Assembly (NCBI GenBank): GCA_050949525.1
Contig: JBMNFW010000001.1
Coordinates: 591,890 to 655,889 of the forward strand
Direction: 5' to 3'
DNA: 64,000 nt
Origin: Patescibacteria group bacterium
GTDB taxonomy: Bacteria; Patescibacteriota; Patescibacteriia; Patescibacteriales; UBA12465
A program made the translations under genes and the position numbers. Positions 26,816-34,303 of the stretch are shown here, piece by piece. The notes under the pieces are model-generated. The model did no database searches and was not told the origin of the DNA. It was given only the letters and a program-made list of their open reading frames with translations. How positions within the stretch are numbered: the first letter of the stretch is position 1; every line of letters starts with the position of its first letter.

Positions 26816-27469
26816 ATGAAATTTAATATTATCACCATCTTTCCCAACATTCTTAACTCCTATTGGCAAGAAGGGATTATAAAAAAAGCTTTAGAAAAAA
26901 AAATCATAAAAATTAAAGCTCATAATCTACGAGACTTCACTACTGACAAACACCAAACAGTTGATGATACTGTTTATGGTGGCGGAGCTGGAATGCTTTT
27001 AAAAATAGAACCTCTGTATCGAGCTTTAAAAAAAATAGCGCCAAAAAAAGGACAAACTAAAAAGAAAATAATATTATTATCAGCACAAGGAAAAACTTGG
27101 AATCAATCTTTAGCTAAAAAATATAGTCAATTAGATGAATTAACTTTAATTTGTGGTCGTTATGAAGGAGTCGATGAAAGAATTAAGAACTTCATTGATG
27201 AAGAAATATCAATTGGAGATTATATCTTAAGTGGTGGAGAACTGGGGGCCGCAGTAATAATAGATTCAATTTCCAGATTAATGCCTGGAGTTTTAGGAAA
27301 TCAAGAAAGCTTAGAAGATGAATCCCATAATCAAAGTGGCTTACTAGAATATCCTCAATACACTAAACCAGCTGTGTTTAAAAAAATGACTGTTCCAGAA
27401 GTACTTTTATCTGGACATCATAAAGCTATTGAGGATTGGAAAAAAAAGAATATCAAAAAGAAATCCTAA
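26816..27469 (+). CDS. trmD: tRNA (guanine37-N1)-methyltransferase
   Basis: MKFNIITIFPNIL...HNLRDFTTDKHQTVDDTVYGGGAGMLLK...ICGRYEGVDERI. The track start at 26795 lies inside the terminator hairpin, so I use the ATG at 26816. Confidence 0.9.
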   Translation: MKFNIITIFPNILNSYWQEGIIKKALEKKIIKIKAHNLRDFTTDKHQTVDDTVYGGGAGMLLKIEPLYRALKKIAPKKGQTKKKIILLSAQGKTWNQSLAKKYSQLDELTLICGRYEGVDERIKNFIDEEISIGDYILSGGELGAAVIIDSISRLMPGVLGNQESLEDESHNQSGLLEYPQYTKPAVFKKMTVPEVLLSGHHKAIEDWKKKNIKKKS

Positions 27470-27519
27470 TACCATAATTTAATTATTTTACAGTATTTTA
27501 CACACATTACCACCAACTA

Positions 27520-27548
27520 TTGACAAATAAAAACATCTATGATATAAT
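27520..27548 (+). promoter_or_regulatory. Perfect consensus promoter upstream of the lipoprotein gene
   Basis: TTGACA (27520..27525), 17-nt spacer, TGa-TATAAT (27543..27548). The leader of about 110 nt contains an 11-bp stem, TTCACGATTAA (27592..27602) / TTAATCGTGAA (27624..27634). Confidence 0.6.
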
Positions 27549-27667
27549 CCAAAGATAATAATAAGTTCCTTAACAAATAGTTAGGCTTGGTTTCACGATT
27601 AAGTATTTAAAACCTTTGAATATTTAATCGTGAATTTAACCGAAGTTTAACTTAAAAATTACTGAAA

Positions 27668-28921
27668 ATGAAAAAAAATGTTCTAGCCATAATGATCATG
27701 GCTTTCGCACTAATATTTAGTGCTTGTACTAAAAATGAAGATGATATGTTATTAACTGGGGGAAAAGTTAACGACAATAACTTTTTCACAAAAGTAGAGC
27801 TACACTATTCCACCGGAATGATGACTAAATCTACAAATAGCAATAAAATGCTAGTAGAGTCCGGTGGTGAAATCACTGGAGTAATAGACTACTTTTTCTC
27901 CTTCTGGCTAGAGCCAGCCAATGGAGAAGAAATAGCTGAGGGAACTTTTAAAATTGTAAACGCAACAAATCAGGTCGTTTATCAATCGATCAATCCAGAA
28001 AATGGGATTGATATAAAATTCCCAACACTGGGAACTTACACATTAACAGTCACCGGTACATTCGGTGGAAACCCATTTAATTTTACGGGGATTACCGTTA
28101 ATGTAGTGGAACCTGGAGAGGTTCCTGAAGATCCAGTAGATCCAGATCCAGTATCTAACTCATTGACCTCACCGGTTAATTTGAGTAATCTAGCATTTTC
28201 TGGAAACAGCAACGTCACCGTAGACATAGCTGTTAAAAAGGAGGCCTACCTAATTAATGGCACCAATTGGTTCTTTGTAAAAAGAACTAATGGGACAGGG
28301 TTCCAACAACTAAACACCGTCACAAATGATGGTGATTCAATCAGATTTACCCTGATTATGCCAAAAACAAATGGAACAGTGATGGAATTCAACATAGGAT
28401 GCTATCTTAATGGTAGCCCAATGTGGATGACCCCATCAGCTGGGGAAACACCATCCATACTGGCTGGCACCAGTGGTAATCCTTACTCAGACTCTGAGAA
28501 TTATTTTGCCATGAAACTAACAGTTTCGGGTCAAAATTTAATTCTAAAAACCATTAGTGGGGAAATAGTTCTCACTAATGATCCAACACTTAACCCTCCT
28601 GCTACCATCCCAGGTAACGCTGGTGATGGAGAAGATGGTGAATACACAATACGCTGGAGTGGGTATACCCACTTCTTCAAAACCGCTGAGGTATCACCTG
28701 CCTTCCGATATAAAGTCGGCGAGGCATGGACCTATCTAGTAGTAAGCCCTTATAGTGAAAACGCGGAATATTTTAAAGTAAATATTCCAAGTAACACAAG
28801 TGGCCAGATGCATTTCCAATTCGGAAAAATGTCTGGAACAACTTTTATTCCAGATTATGCTGGAATGGCGCCTAGTATGTACTATGACGCCGAAATAGGG
28901 CACCTAGTAAAAAACATCTAA
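27668..28921 (+). CDS. Lipoprotein of unknown function (signal peptide + lipobox Cys), compositionally atypical
   Basis: MKKNVLAIMIMAFALIFSAC-TKNEDD. The body is rich in Thr/Gly/Asn and looks beta-rich. A spot count gave 45% G+C on line 28621..28680 versus 27% on line 19801..19860. Confidence 0.7.
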   Translation: MKKNVLAIMIMAFALIFSACTKNEDDMLLTGGKVNDNNFFTKVELHYSTGMMTKSTNSNKMLVESGGEITGVIDYFFSFWLEPANGEEIAEGTFKIVNATNQVVYQSINPENGIDIKFPTLGTYTLTVTGTFGGNPFNFTGITVNVVEPGEVPEDPVDPDPVSNSLTSPVNLSNLAFSGNSNVTVDIAVKKEAYLINGTNWFFVKRTNGTGFQQLNTVTNDGDSIRFTLIMPKTNGTVMEFNIGCYLNGSPMWMTPSAGETPSILAGTSGNPYSDSENYFAMKLTVSGQNLILKTISGEIVLTNDPTLNPPATIPGNAGDGEDGEYTIRWSGYTHFFKTAEVSPAFRYKVGEAWTYLVVSPYSENAEYFKVNIPSNTSGQMHFQFGKMSGTTFIPDYAGMAPSMYYDAEIGHLVKNI

Positions 28922-28925
28922 AACA

Positions 28926-28953
28926 TAAGCCTTTCACTAAGAAAGGCTTTTTT
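28926..28953. terminator. Bidirectional hairpin terminator between convergent genes
   Basis: 9-bp stem AAGCCTTTC / GAAAGGCTT with loop ACTAA, followed by T6 on the plus strand. Confidence 0.6.
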
Positions 28954-28964
28954 ATTACTCAAAA

Positions 28965-30023
28965 TTAAACTAATCTAAAATTATTATCTCCAATTTTCTC
29001 TAAATGTCCTTTAATCATAAATCCGGAAGCTTTTCTATGACCTCCTCCACCAAAAATAGCGGCTAACTTAATGCTATCAATATCTTTTCCCACTGACCCT
29101 ACTCTTAAACTACCCTTAACAATACCATAATTCTCTTCTCGTAATAATAAAACAAGATCAGCTTCAGATAAATTACTTAAAAAACCAACCACATCACCAA
29201 AAGTATCACTATTCCAAACTGAAAATTCAGCTTTAAGACCCTGTAGATCCTCAAAAGATAAAACTGAAACAGCTATATTATACTTTTTATTTATCCTTAA
29301 ATTATTTAAAGCTAAGCCCCAAAGTTTCATCTCAACTAACCCTTTATTGCGCCAAGTATTATCAACTAAACGAGGAAATTGAGCCCCTAAACTTAAAAGT
29401 TCAGCAGCCACTCTTAAAGTTTCACTAGTAACCGAAGGATAAAGCAAATTACCAGTATCAGATAAAATTCCAGCCAATAAAGCATTGGCCATGTTTCGAT
29501 TTATCTCTAAATCATTAACTTCAATAAAATTATACAAAACTTCCGCCGTAGAAGATAAAGGCACCCGAATCTCAATATCAGCATAAGTATCGATCGGAAC
29601 ATGATGATCAAACTCTACTATTATTGTTTTTAATTTTAATTCCTGAGCTTTTTCAATATTAATCTTAAGAGCAGTACGCTCAATTGAACCACAATCAACA
29701 ATAATCACTAAATCAAAAAATTTAAAAAAGTCATCGCCGACATTCTTCTCCAAATCAAAGCGATGACTAATAATTTTTTTTAAATCTTCTTGACTTCCTA
29801 AAATTTCTTCCTCATTTACTAAAAAAGAATATTCTCCCTCCTTCTTTCCTTCAGCTAAAGCTAGATAATTTTTATCCAAAGCTTTAACAATTTCAATTAA
29901 AACATCTAAAGAAGCTAAAGCATCCACATCAGGACTAAGATGGGATACTAATAATATGTTCTGAGCTTTTAAAATTTCCTGCCAAACCAAGCGAGCTTTT
30001 CTTTTTTCAACTGTATTAAACAT
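28965..30023 (-). CDS. DHH/DHHA1 family phosphoesterase (NrnA-like oligoribonuclease / pAp phosphatase)
   Basis: VSHLSPDVDALASL, VIIVDCG, EFDHHV and the DHHA1 motif GGGGHRKASGF. Confidence 0.8.
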   Translation of the reverse strand: MFNTVEKRKARLVWQEILKAQNILLVSHLSPDVDALASLDVLIEIVKALDKNYLALAEGKKEGEYSFLVNEEEILGSQEDLKKIISHRFDLEKNVGDDFFKFFDLVIIVDCGSIERTALKINIEKAQELKLKTIIVEFDHHVPIDTYADIEIRVPLSSTAEVLYNFIEVNDLEINRNMANALLAGILSDTGNLLYPSVTSETLRVAAELLSLGAQFPRLVDNTWRNKGLVEMKLWGLALNNLRINKKYNIAVSVLSFEDLQGLKAEFSVWNSDTFGDVVGFLSNLSEADLVLLLREENYGIVKGSLRVGSVGKDIDSIKLAAIFGGGGHRKASGFMIKGHLEKIGDNNFRLV

Positions 30024-30031
30024 AAATAATA

Positions 30032-30364
30032 TTATTCTCCCTGCTTAATCTTCTCTAAAGTATCTTCAATTTTTGAAACTCTTTTTAGACCATCATCTAT
30101 TTTCCACTCCAAAAAAGGACCCTTAGTTAAATTAAATCTTTTTTTAATAATCTCAGATAATACTTTAGATTTCTTTCTTAAATTTTTCAAAGCAGTTCCA
30201 GAAAATTTATCTGGTAACACTGAAACTGAAATTTTAGCCACTGAGAAATCAGGCGCACATTTTACCGCTGTAATAGTTACTAAAAAACCAGGGGACTCAA
30301 GTTCCCTTAAAAGAGCGGTAGCTAAAATTTCTTGAACTGCTTCATTAATCTGCCCCTTAGACAT
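30032..30364 (-). CDS. rbfA: Ribosome-binding factor A
   Basis: 110 aa with INEAVQEILATALLRELESPGFLVTITAVKCAPDFSVAKISVSV. It sits directly downstream of infB, the conserved context. Confidence 0.8.
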   Translation of the reverse strand: MSKGQINEAVQEILATALLRELESPGFLVTITAVKCAPDFSVAKISVSVLPDKFSGTALKNLRKKSKVLSEIIKKRFNLTKGPFLEWKIDDGLKRVSKIEDTLEKIKQGE

Positions 30365-30368
30365 ATTT

Positions 30369-32342
30369 TTAAAAATCTCTTTCTAACTCCTCTTCTTTAT
30401 AGAAAAGAAGGGTATCTCCAACCTCAATTATCGGTCGTCCTTCATAATTAATCCCACACTCTTTTCCTTGTTCAACAGAATTGACATCTTGTTTACCGGA
30501 CTGTAATTTACTAATCTTTCCTTTATCAACAAAAGCTTCATGACGCCATATCTCCACCATAGCATTATTCTCTATCTCACCCTCTAAAACTTTACCACCA
30601 ACAATTTGCGATTTATTCTCAGTTCTAAAAATAGCTAGAACTTCTAACTTACCTAAATCTTTTCTAACTATTTCCGGTTGATAAATATTTTTCATCTCTG
30701 ATCTCACATATTCAATCAAATCATAAATAACGCTAAAAGTATTAACTTTAATATTTTTTTCTCGTAATAGATCCTCTACCTGAGCTGAAACCTTAACATT
30801 AAAACCTAATATCTGAGCTTGAGAATCTTCAGCTCGCTTTACATCCCCCTCTCCAATATTACCCAAACCTTTATGAATAATTTTAACCTTAATTTTCTTA
30901 GTATTTATTTTCATTAAAGATTCTTCAATAGCTTCAGCGGTTCCTAAAAAATCAGCTTTAATAATTAAATTAATTTTTAAAGAATCATCTTCAACCTCAC
31001 TAGTAACAGGGGCTTGTTCAGATTGAAGTTTAGAGCTAATTTTTTTAGTTTTAAGTCGACGACCTTCACCCACTTCCAAAATATCTCCCACTTCTGGTAA
31101 AATTTTTAGCCCTAAAACTCGAGCTGGATCAGAAGGTTCAGCCCTATCAATATCCTCTCCTTTATAATTCTGCAAAGCCCGAACTTTACCATAAACTATA
31201 CCATTAAAGCAAAGTTGATCCCCTACTTCTAGAGATCCATTTTGAACTAAAATAGTAGCTACGGGACCCGCCCCCTTATCAATATTAGACTCAATAATTG
31301 TTCCGATAGCCGAAGCTTCAGGATTAGCCTTTAAATTTTCAGCTTCCATTTCTCGAGCCAATAAAACCATATCTAAAAGATCCTCTATTCCCTGCCCAGC
31401 TAAAGCTGAAATAGGAACACAAACGGTTTTTCCACCCCAATCTTCAGGAATAATATTTAATTTTGATGATAATTCTTGCTTAGTTCGATCAATATCAGCC
31501 TCCTCCTTATCAATCTTATTTATCGCTACGATAAAAGGAATTTTAGCTGCTTCAATAATTCTAAAAGCTTCAATAGTTTGTTGTTTAACTCCATCATCAG
31601 CCGCCACTACTAAGATAGCAATATCCGCTACTTTAGCTCCCCTAGATCTCATAGCTGTAAAAGCTTCATGCCCTGGAGTATCAATAAAAGTAATTTTTTG
31701 ATCCTTTCGTATTACTTGATAAGCTCCAATATGCTGAGTAATACCTCCCGACTCCCCAGCCGTAACATTAGTTTTTCTAATAGCATCTAATAATTTAGTT
31801 TTTCCATGATCAACATGTCCCATAACTACAATAACTGGAGGTCGAGTTTCTAATTTAGACTGATCTTCTTTTTTTATAGCTTCCGCTAAAATTTCTTTAC
31901 CACTATCCTGCTCTACAACATCCTCTTCAGTTTTTAAAACCATTTCTAAACCTAATTCTGCTCCAATAATGGCCGCTGAATCAAAATCAATTTTTTCATT
32001 CATCGAAACAAAAACTCCATTCTTCATCAATTCTTTCAAAACCATATTAACTGGTAAATTAGCTCGAGAGGCTAAATCCTTAACTGTTATAAAATGCCCA
32101 ATTTCAATTTTTTTTATTTCTTTTTTAACTAAAGCTTCTTGCTCTTTTTTAGCTTTCTCCTCCATTTCTCGCTGTCGCTCAACCTGGGCCATAAAAACTG
32201 GCCAACCTCTAATAATTTTCTTAGCTATCATTTTATCAACCTTAATAGCTTTATTACCAATATTAAAACCCATTTGAGGTAAAAGTTGACGCAACTCAAA
32301 GGGAGAAACTTTTAAAATTCGAGCTAATTCTGTAATATTCAT
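30369..32342 (-). CDS. infB: Translation initiation factor IF-2
   Basis: G domain RPPVIVVMGHVDHGKTKLLDAIR, DTPGHEAF and NKIDK, plus C-terminal IF-2 domains. Confidence 0.95.
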   Translation of the reverse strand: MNITELARILKVSPFELRQLLPQMGFNIGNKAIKVDKMIAKKIIRGWPVFMAQVERQREMEEKAKKEQEALVKKEIKKIEIGHFITVKDLASRANLPVNMVLKELMKNGVFVSMNEKIDFDSAAIIGAELGLEMVLKTEEDVVEQDSGKEILAEAIKKEDQSKLETRPPVIVVMGHVDHGKTKLLDAIRKTNVTAGESGGITQHIGAYQVIRKDQKITFIDTPGHEAFTAMRSRGAKVADIAILVVAADDGVKQQTIEAFRIIEAAKIPFIVAINKIDKEEADIDRTKQELSSKLNIIPEDWGGKTVCVPISALAGQGIEDLLDMVLLAREMEAENLKANPEASAIGTIIESNIDKGAGPVATILVQNGSLEVGDQLCFNGIVYGKVRALQNYKGEDIDRAEPSDPARVLGLKILPEVGDILEVGEGRRLKTKKISSKLQSEQAPVTSEVEDDSLKINLIIKADFLGTAEAIEESLMKINTKKIKVKIIHKGLGNIGEGDVKRAEDSQAQILGFNVKVSAQVEDLLREKNIKVNTFSVIYDLIEYVRSEMKNIYQPEIVRKDLGKLEVLAIFRTENKSQIVGGKVLEGEIENNAMVEIWRHEAFVDKGKISKLQSGKQDVNSVEQGKECGINYEGRPIIEVGDTLLFYKEEELERDF

Positions 32343-32369
32343 TTATTTTTTATTAATTCTATTCATCTT

Positions 32370-32398
32370 ATCTTAACCTATTTATCATTTTTAGTCAA
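32370..32398 (-). promoter_or_regulatory. Candidate promoter of infB-rbfA
   Basis: On the minus strand: TTGACT (plus-strand 32393..32398), 17-nt spacer, TAAGAT (32370..32375). Confidence 0.3.
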
Positions 32399-32408
32399 TA
32401 AAAACAAG

Positions 32409-33941
32409 CTAAAATTCACAACCACAATATTTTTGACGATAATATTCTTTTTCCTTAGACCTTTCCACTGATTTTTTAAATAAATCCTGTCTATCAAAAT
32501 CAATTTCTAAAAAATTTAAACCATGCTCTAAAGCGATACCTTGACCAAACTCCTTTATCCTTCCCAAATCTTTATAAACACTAGTAACCAGAGTAGTATA
32601 AAAATTATCAATTCCATTCTGTTTGGCTATTTGAGCTGTTTTCTCTAAGCGATCATGATAACACAACCAACAACGAGATCCTCGTTCTGGCTCCTGTTCT
32701 AAACCCTTTATCATCTCTAACCAAACTTTATGACTATATGGTTCAATAATTAATTTTAAATTATAATCCTCAGCCAATTTTTTAACTCCTTGTAATCTTC
32801 TTTCATACTCCTCATAACTATCAATATTAGGATTATAAAAATAAAGCACTGGTTCATATTTTTTCATTAAAATATCAGACAATAAATAGTCACCACAAGG
32901 AGCACAACAAATATGAACTAAAACTTTTTTTCGATCTTGAAAATAAAAAAATATAACTAAAACTAACATTAAAAGAGCTAAAGCCCCCAAAGCTAAAAGC
33001 TTGCCTTGACTCTGTAATAACAAAGCACTAAAACCAAAAAAGGCTGCTACTAAATAAAAAAACAAAACAGCTTTTCTCTGACTAAGTCCCAAGTCTAATA
33101 ATCGATGATGAAGATGTTTGCGATCAGCTGACCTAAAAGGATTTTTACCCGCCCACAAGCGACGAATAATAGTCCATAAAAGATCTAAAACCGGTAAACC
33201 TAATACTAAAAGAGCAATCGCTATTTTTCCTCCCGAAATGATAGCCAAAACCCCTAAAATATAGCCTAATAAAATAGAGCCACTTTCACCTAAAAATATT
33301 TTGGCTGGATTAAAATTAAAAACCAAAAAACCCAACAACACCGCAAAAAAGGCTAAAGAAGCTAAGGCTAAATCAGCTTGATAATATTTGGTACTAATAG
33401 TAAATAAAAAAATTATTAAAGCTCCAATGGCCGAAACTCCTGAAGCTAGGCCATCTAAACCATCTAGAAGTTTAGTAGTATAAATCATACCTAAAAGCCA
33501 AATAAAGATAATCAAAGAACTTAACCCCCAAGAAAAAGGGATAAAACCACCCAAAGGATGACTAACCTCTTCAATCCTCACTCCACCCCCAATAACCGCT
33601 ATAATCGCTAAAATAGGTCCAATAAGCTGCCAAATTGGCGCTAAATTATACTTATCATCCAATATTCCTCCAATTAATAGAAAAATAGCTCCAACAAAAA
33701 ATCCCAACCAATGATGATAGTTTAAATCACCTGCTACTAGGTGTTCTTTAAAAATAAATAAAACTAAAAAAAATGATATAAAAATCGCTAAACCACCCAT
33801 TAAAGGAATAGGCTTAGAATGAATCTTTCTTTCAATATTAGGTTTATCAACTATCTGAAAACGAAGCGCCATCTTTCTCACTATTAAAGTAAAAATGATT
33901 GAACTACTTAAAGATAGAATAAAGACCGAGATATATAACAT
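32409..33941 (-). CDS. Fusion of a glycosyltransferase family 4 polyprenyl-phosphate sugar-1-phosphate transferase (WecA/MraY family) and a QueH/DUF208 epoxyqueuosine reductase-like domain
   Basis: The N-terminal ~335 aa form a polytopic membrane domain with IPLMGGLAIF, LDDKYNL, LDGLDGLASG and FLGESGSILLGY. The C-terminal ~170 aa carry VLVHICCAPCGDY, GSRCWLCYHDRL and YRQKYCGCEF, the Cys pattern of QueH. Confidence 0.75.
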   Translation of the reverse strand: MLYISVFILSLSSSIIFTLIVRKMALRFQIVDKPNIERKIHSKPIPLMGGLAIFISFFLVLFIFKEHLVAGDLNYHHWLGFFVGAIFLLIGGILDDKYNLAPIWQLIGPILAIIAVIGGGVRIEEVSHPLGGFIPFSWGLSSLIIFIWLLGMIYTTKLLDGLDGLASGVSAIGALIIFLFTISTKYYQADLALASLAFFAVLLGFLVFNFNPAKIFLGESGSILLGYILGVLAIISGGKIAIALLVLGLPVLDLLWTIIRRLWAGKNPFRSADRKHLHHRLLDLGLSQRKAVLFFYLVAAFFGFSALLLQSQGKLLALGALALLMLVLVIFFYFQDRKKVLVHICCAPCGDYLLSDILMKKYEPVLYFYNPNIDSYEEYERRLQGVKKLAEDYNLKLIIEPYSHKVWLEMIKGLEQEPERGSRCWLCYHDRLEKTAQIAKQNGIDNFYTTLVTSVYKDLGRIKEFGQGIALEHGLNFLEIDFDRQDLFKKSVERSKEKEYYRQKYCGCEF

Positions 33942-33948
33942 AATAGTA

Positions 33949-33977
33949 TTGACAAAAAGGTAAAAACAATATATATT
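33949..33977 (+). promoter_or_regulatory. Candidate promoter of the 81-aa orphan gene
   Basis: TTGACA (33949..33954), 17-nt spacer, TATATT (33972..33977). Confidence 0.4.
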
Positions 33978-34003
33978 TAAACTTGGTTACTTAAAATTAT
34001 AAT

Positions 34004-34249
34004 ATGGAATCGTTGAGAAGAATGAAAAGGGCCGCTGAAAAAGTGGTCACACTGGTAGAAGATGGACTCTTAGAAAAAGAGTATCTTCTACAGAAAAAGA
34101 TAATAAAAAACCAATATCCTGAGGAAGGAGAAATAGTAGCCCGAGAGGCTGCTCTCCTAATACTGGAACAGGAATACATCGAAGATATTCAAAAATATCA
34201 ACGTTGTAAAAGATTCCTAAAAAGGATAGAGGACCTCAACAAAAATTAA
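34004..34249 (+). CDS. Small charged helical hypothetical protein (orphan)
   Basis: An 81-aa ORF bracketed by its own promoter-like site and a hairpin terminator. Its codon choice is visibly more G+C-rich than its neighbours. No motif recognised. Confidence 0.45.
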   Translation: MESLRRMKRAAEKVVTLVEDGLLEKEYLLQKKIIKNQYPEEGEIVAREAALLILEQEYIEDIQKYQRCKRFLKRIEDLNKN

Positions 34250-34264
34250 CCAAAAAGCAAAAGG

Positions 34265-34289
34265 ATTGCCAGTAATGGCAATTTTTTTA
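34265..34289. terminator. Bidirectional hairpin terminator
   Basis: ATTGCCA-GTAA-TGGCAAT (34265..34282) followed by T7. It lies between the convergent 81-aa gene and the Clp-like gene. Confidence 0.6.
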
Positions 34290-34303
34290 TATTCAAAGAA
34301 CTA

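Noticed and set aside
27470-27667. The 198-bp intergenic region as a small structured RNA gene or riboswitch
   Set aside because: It contains a consensus promoter and one 11-bp stem, but I recognise no known riboswitch, SRP, 6S or tmRNA signature. It is too AT-rich and too short, so I treat it as a promoter plus 5' leader.
33997-34179. 60-aa minus-strand ORF opposite the 81-aa orphan gene
   Set aside because: The plus-strand ORF is longer and is bracketed by a promoter-like site and terminator in the correct orientation. I kept the plus-strand call, though with low confidence.
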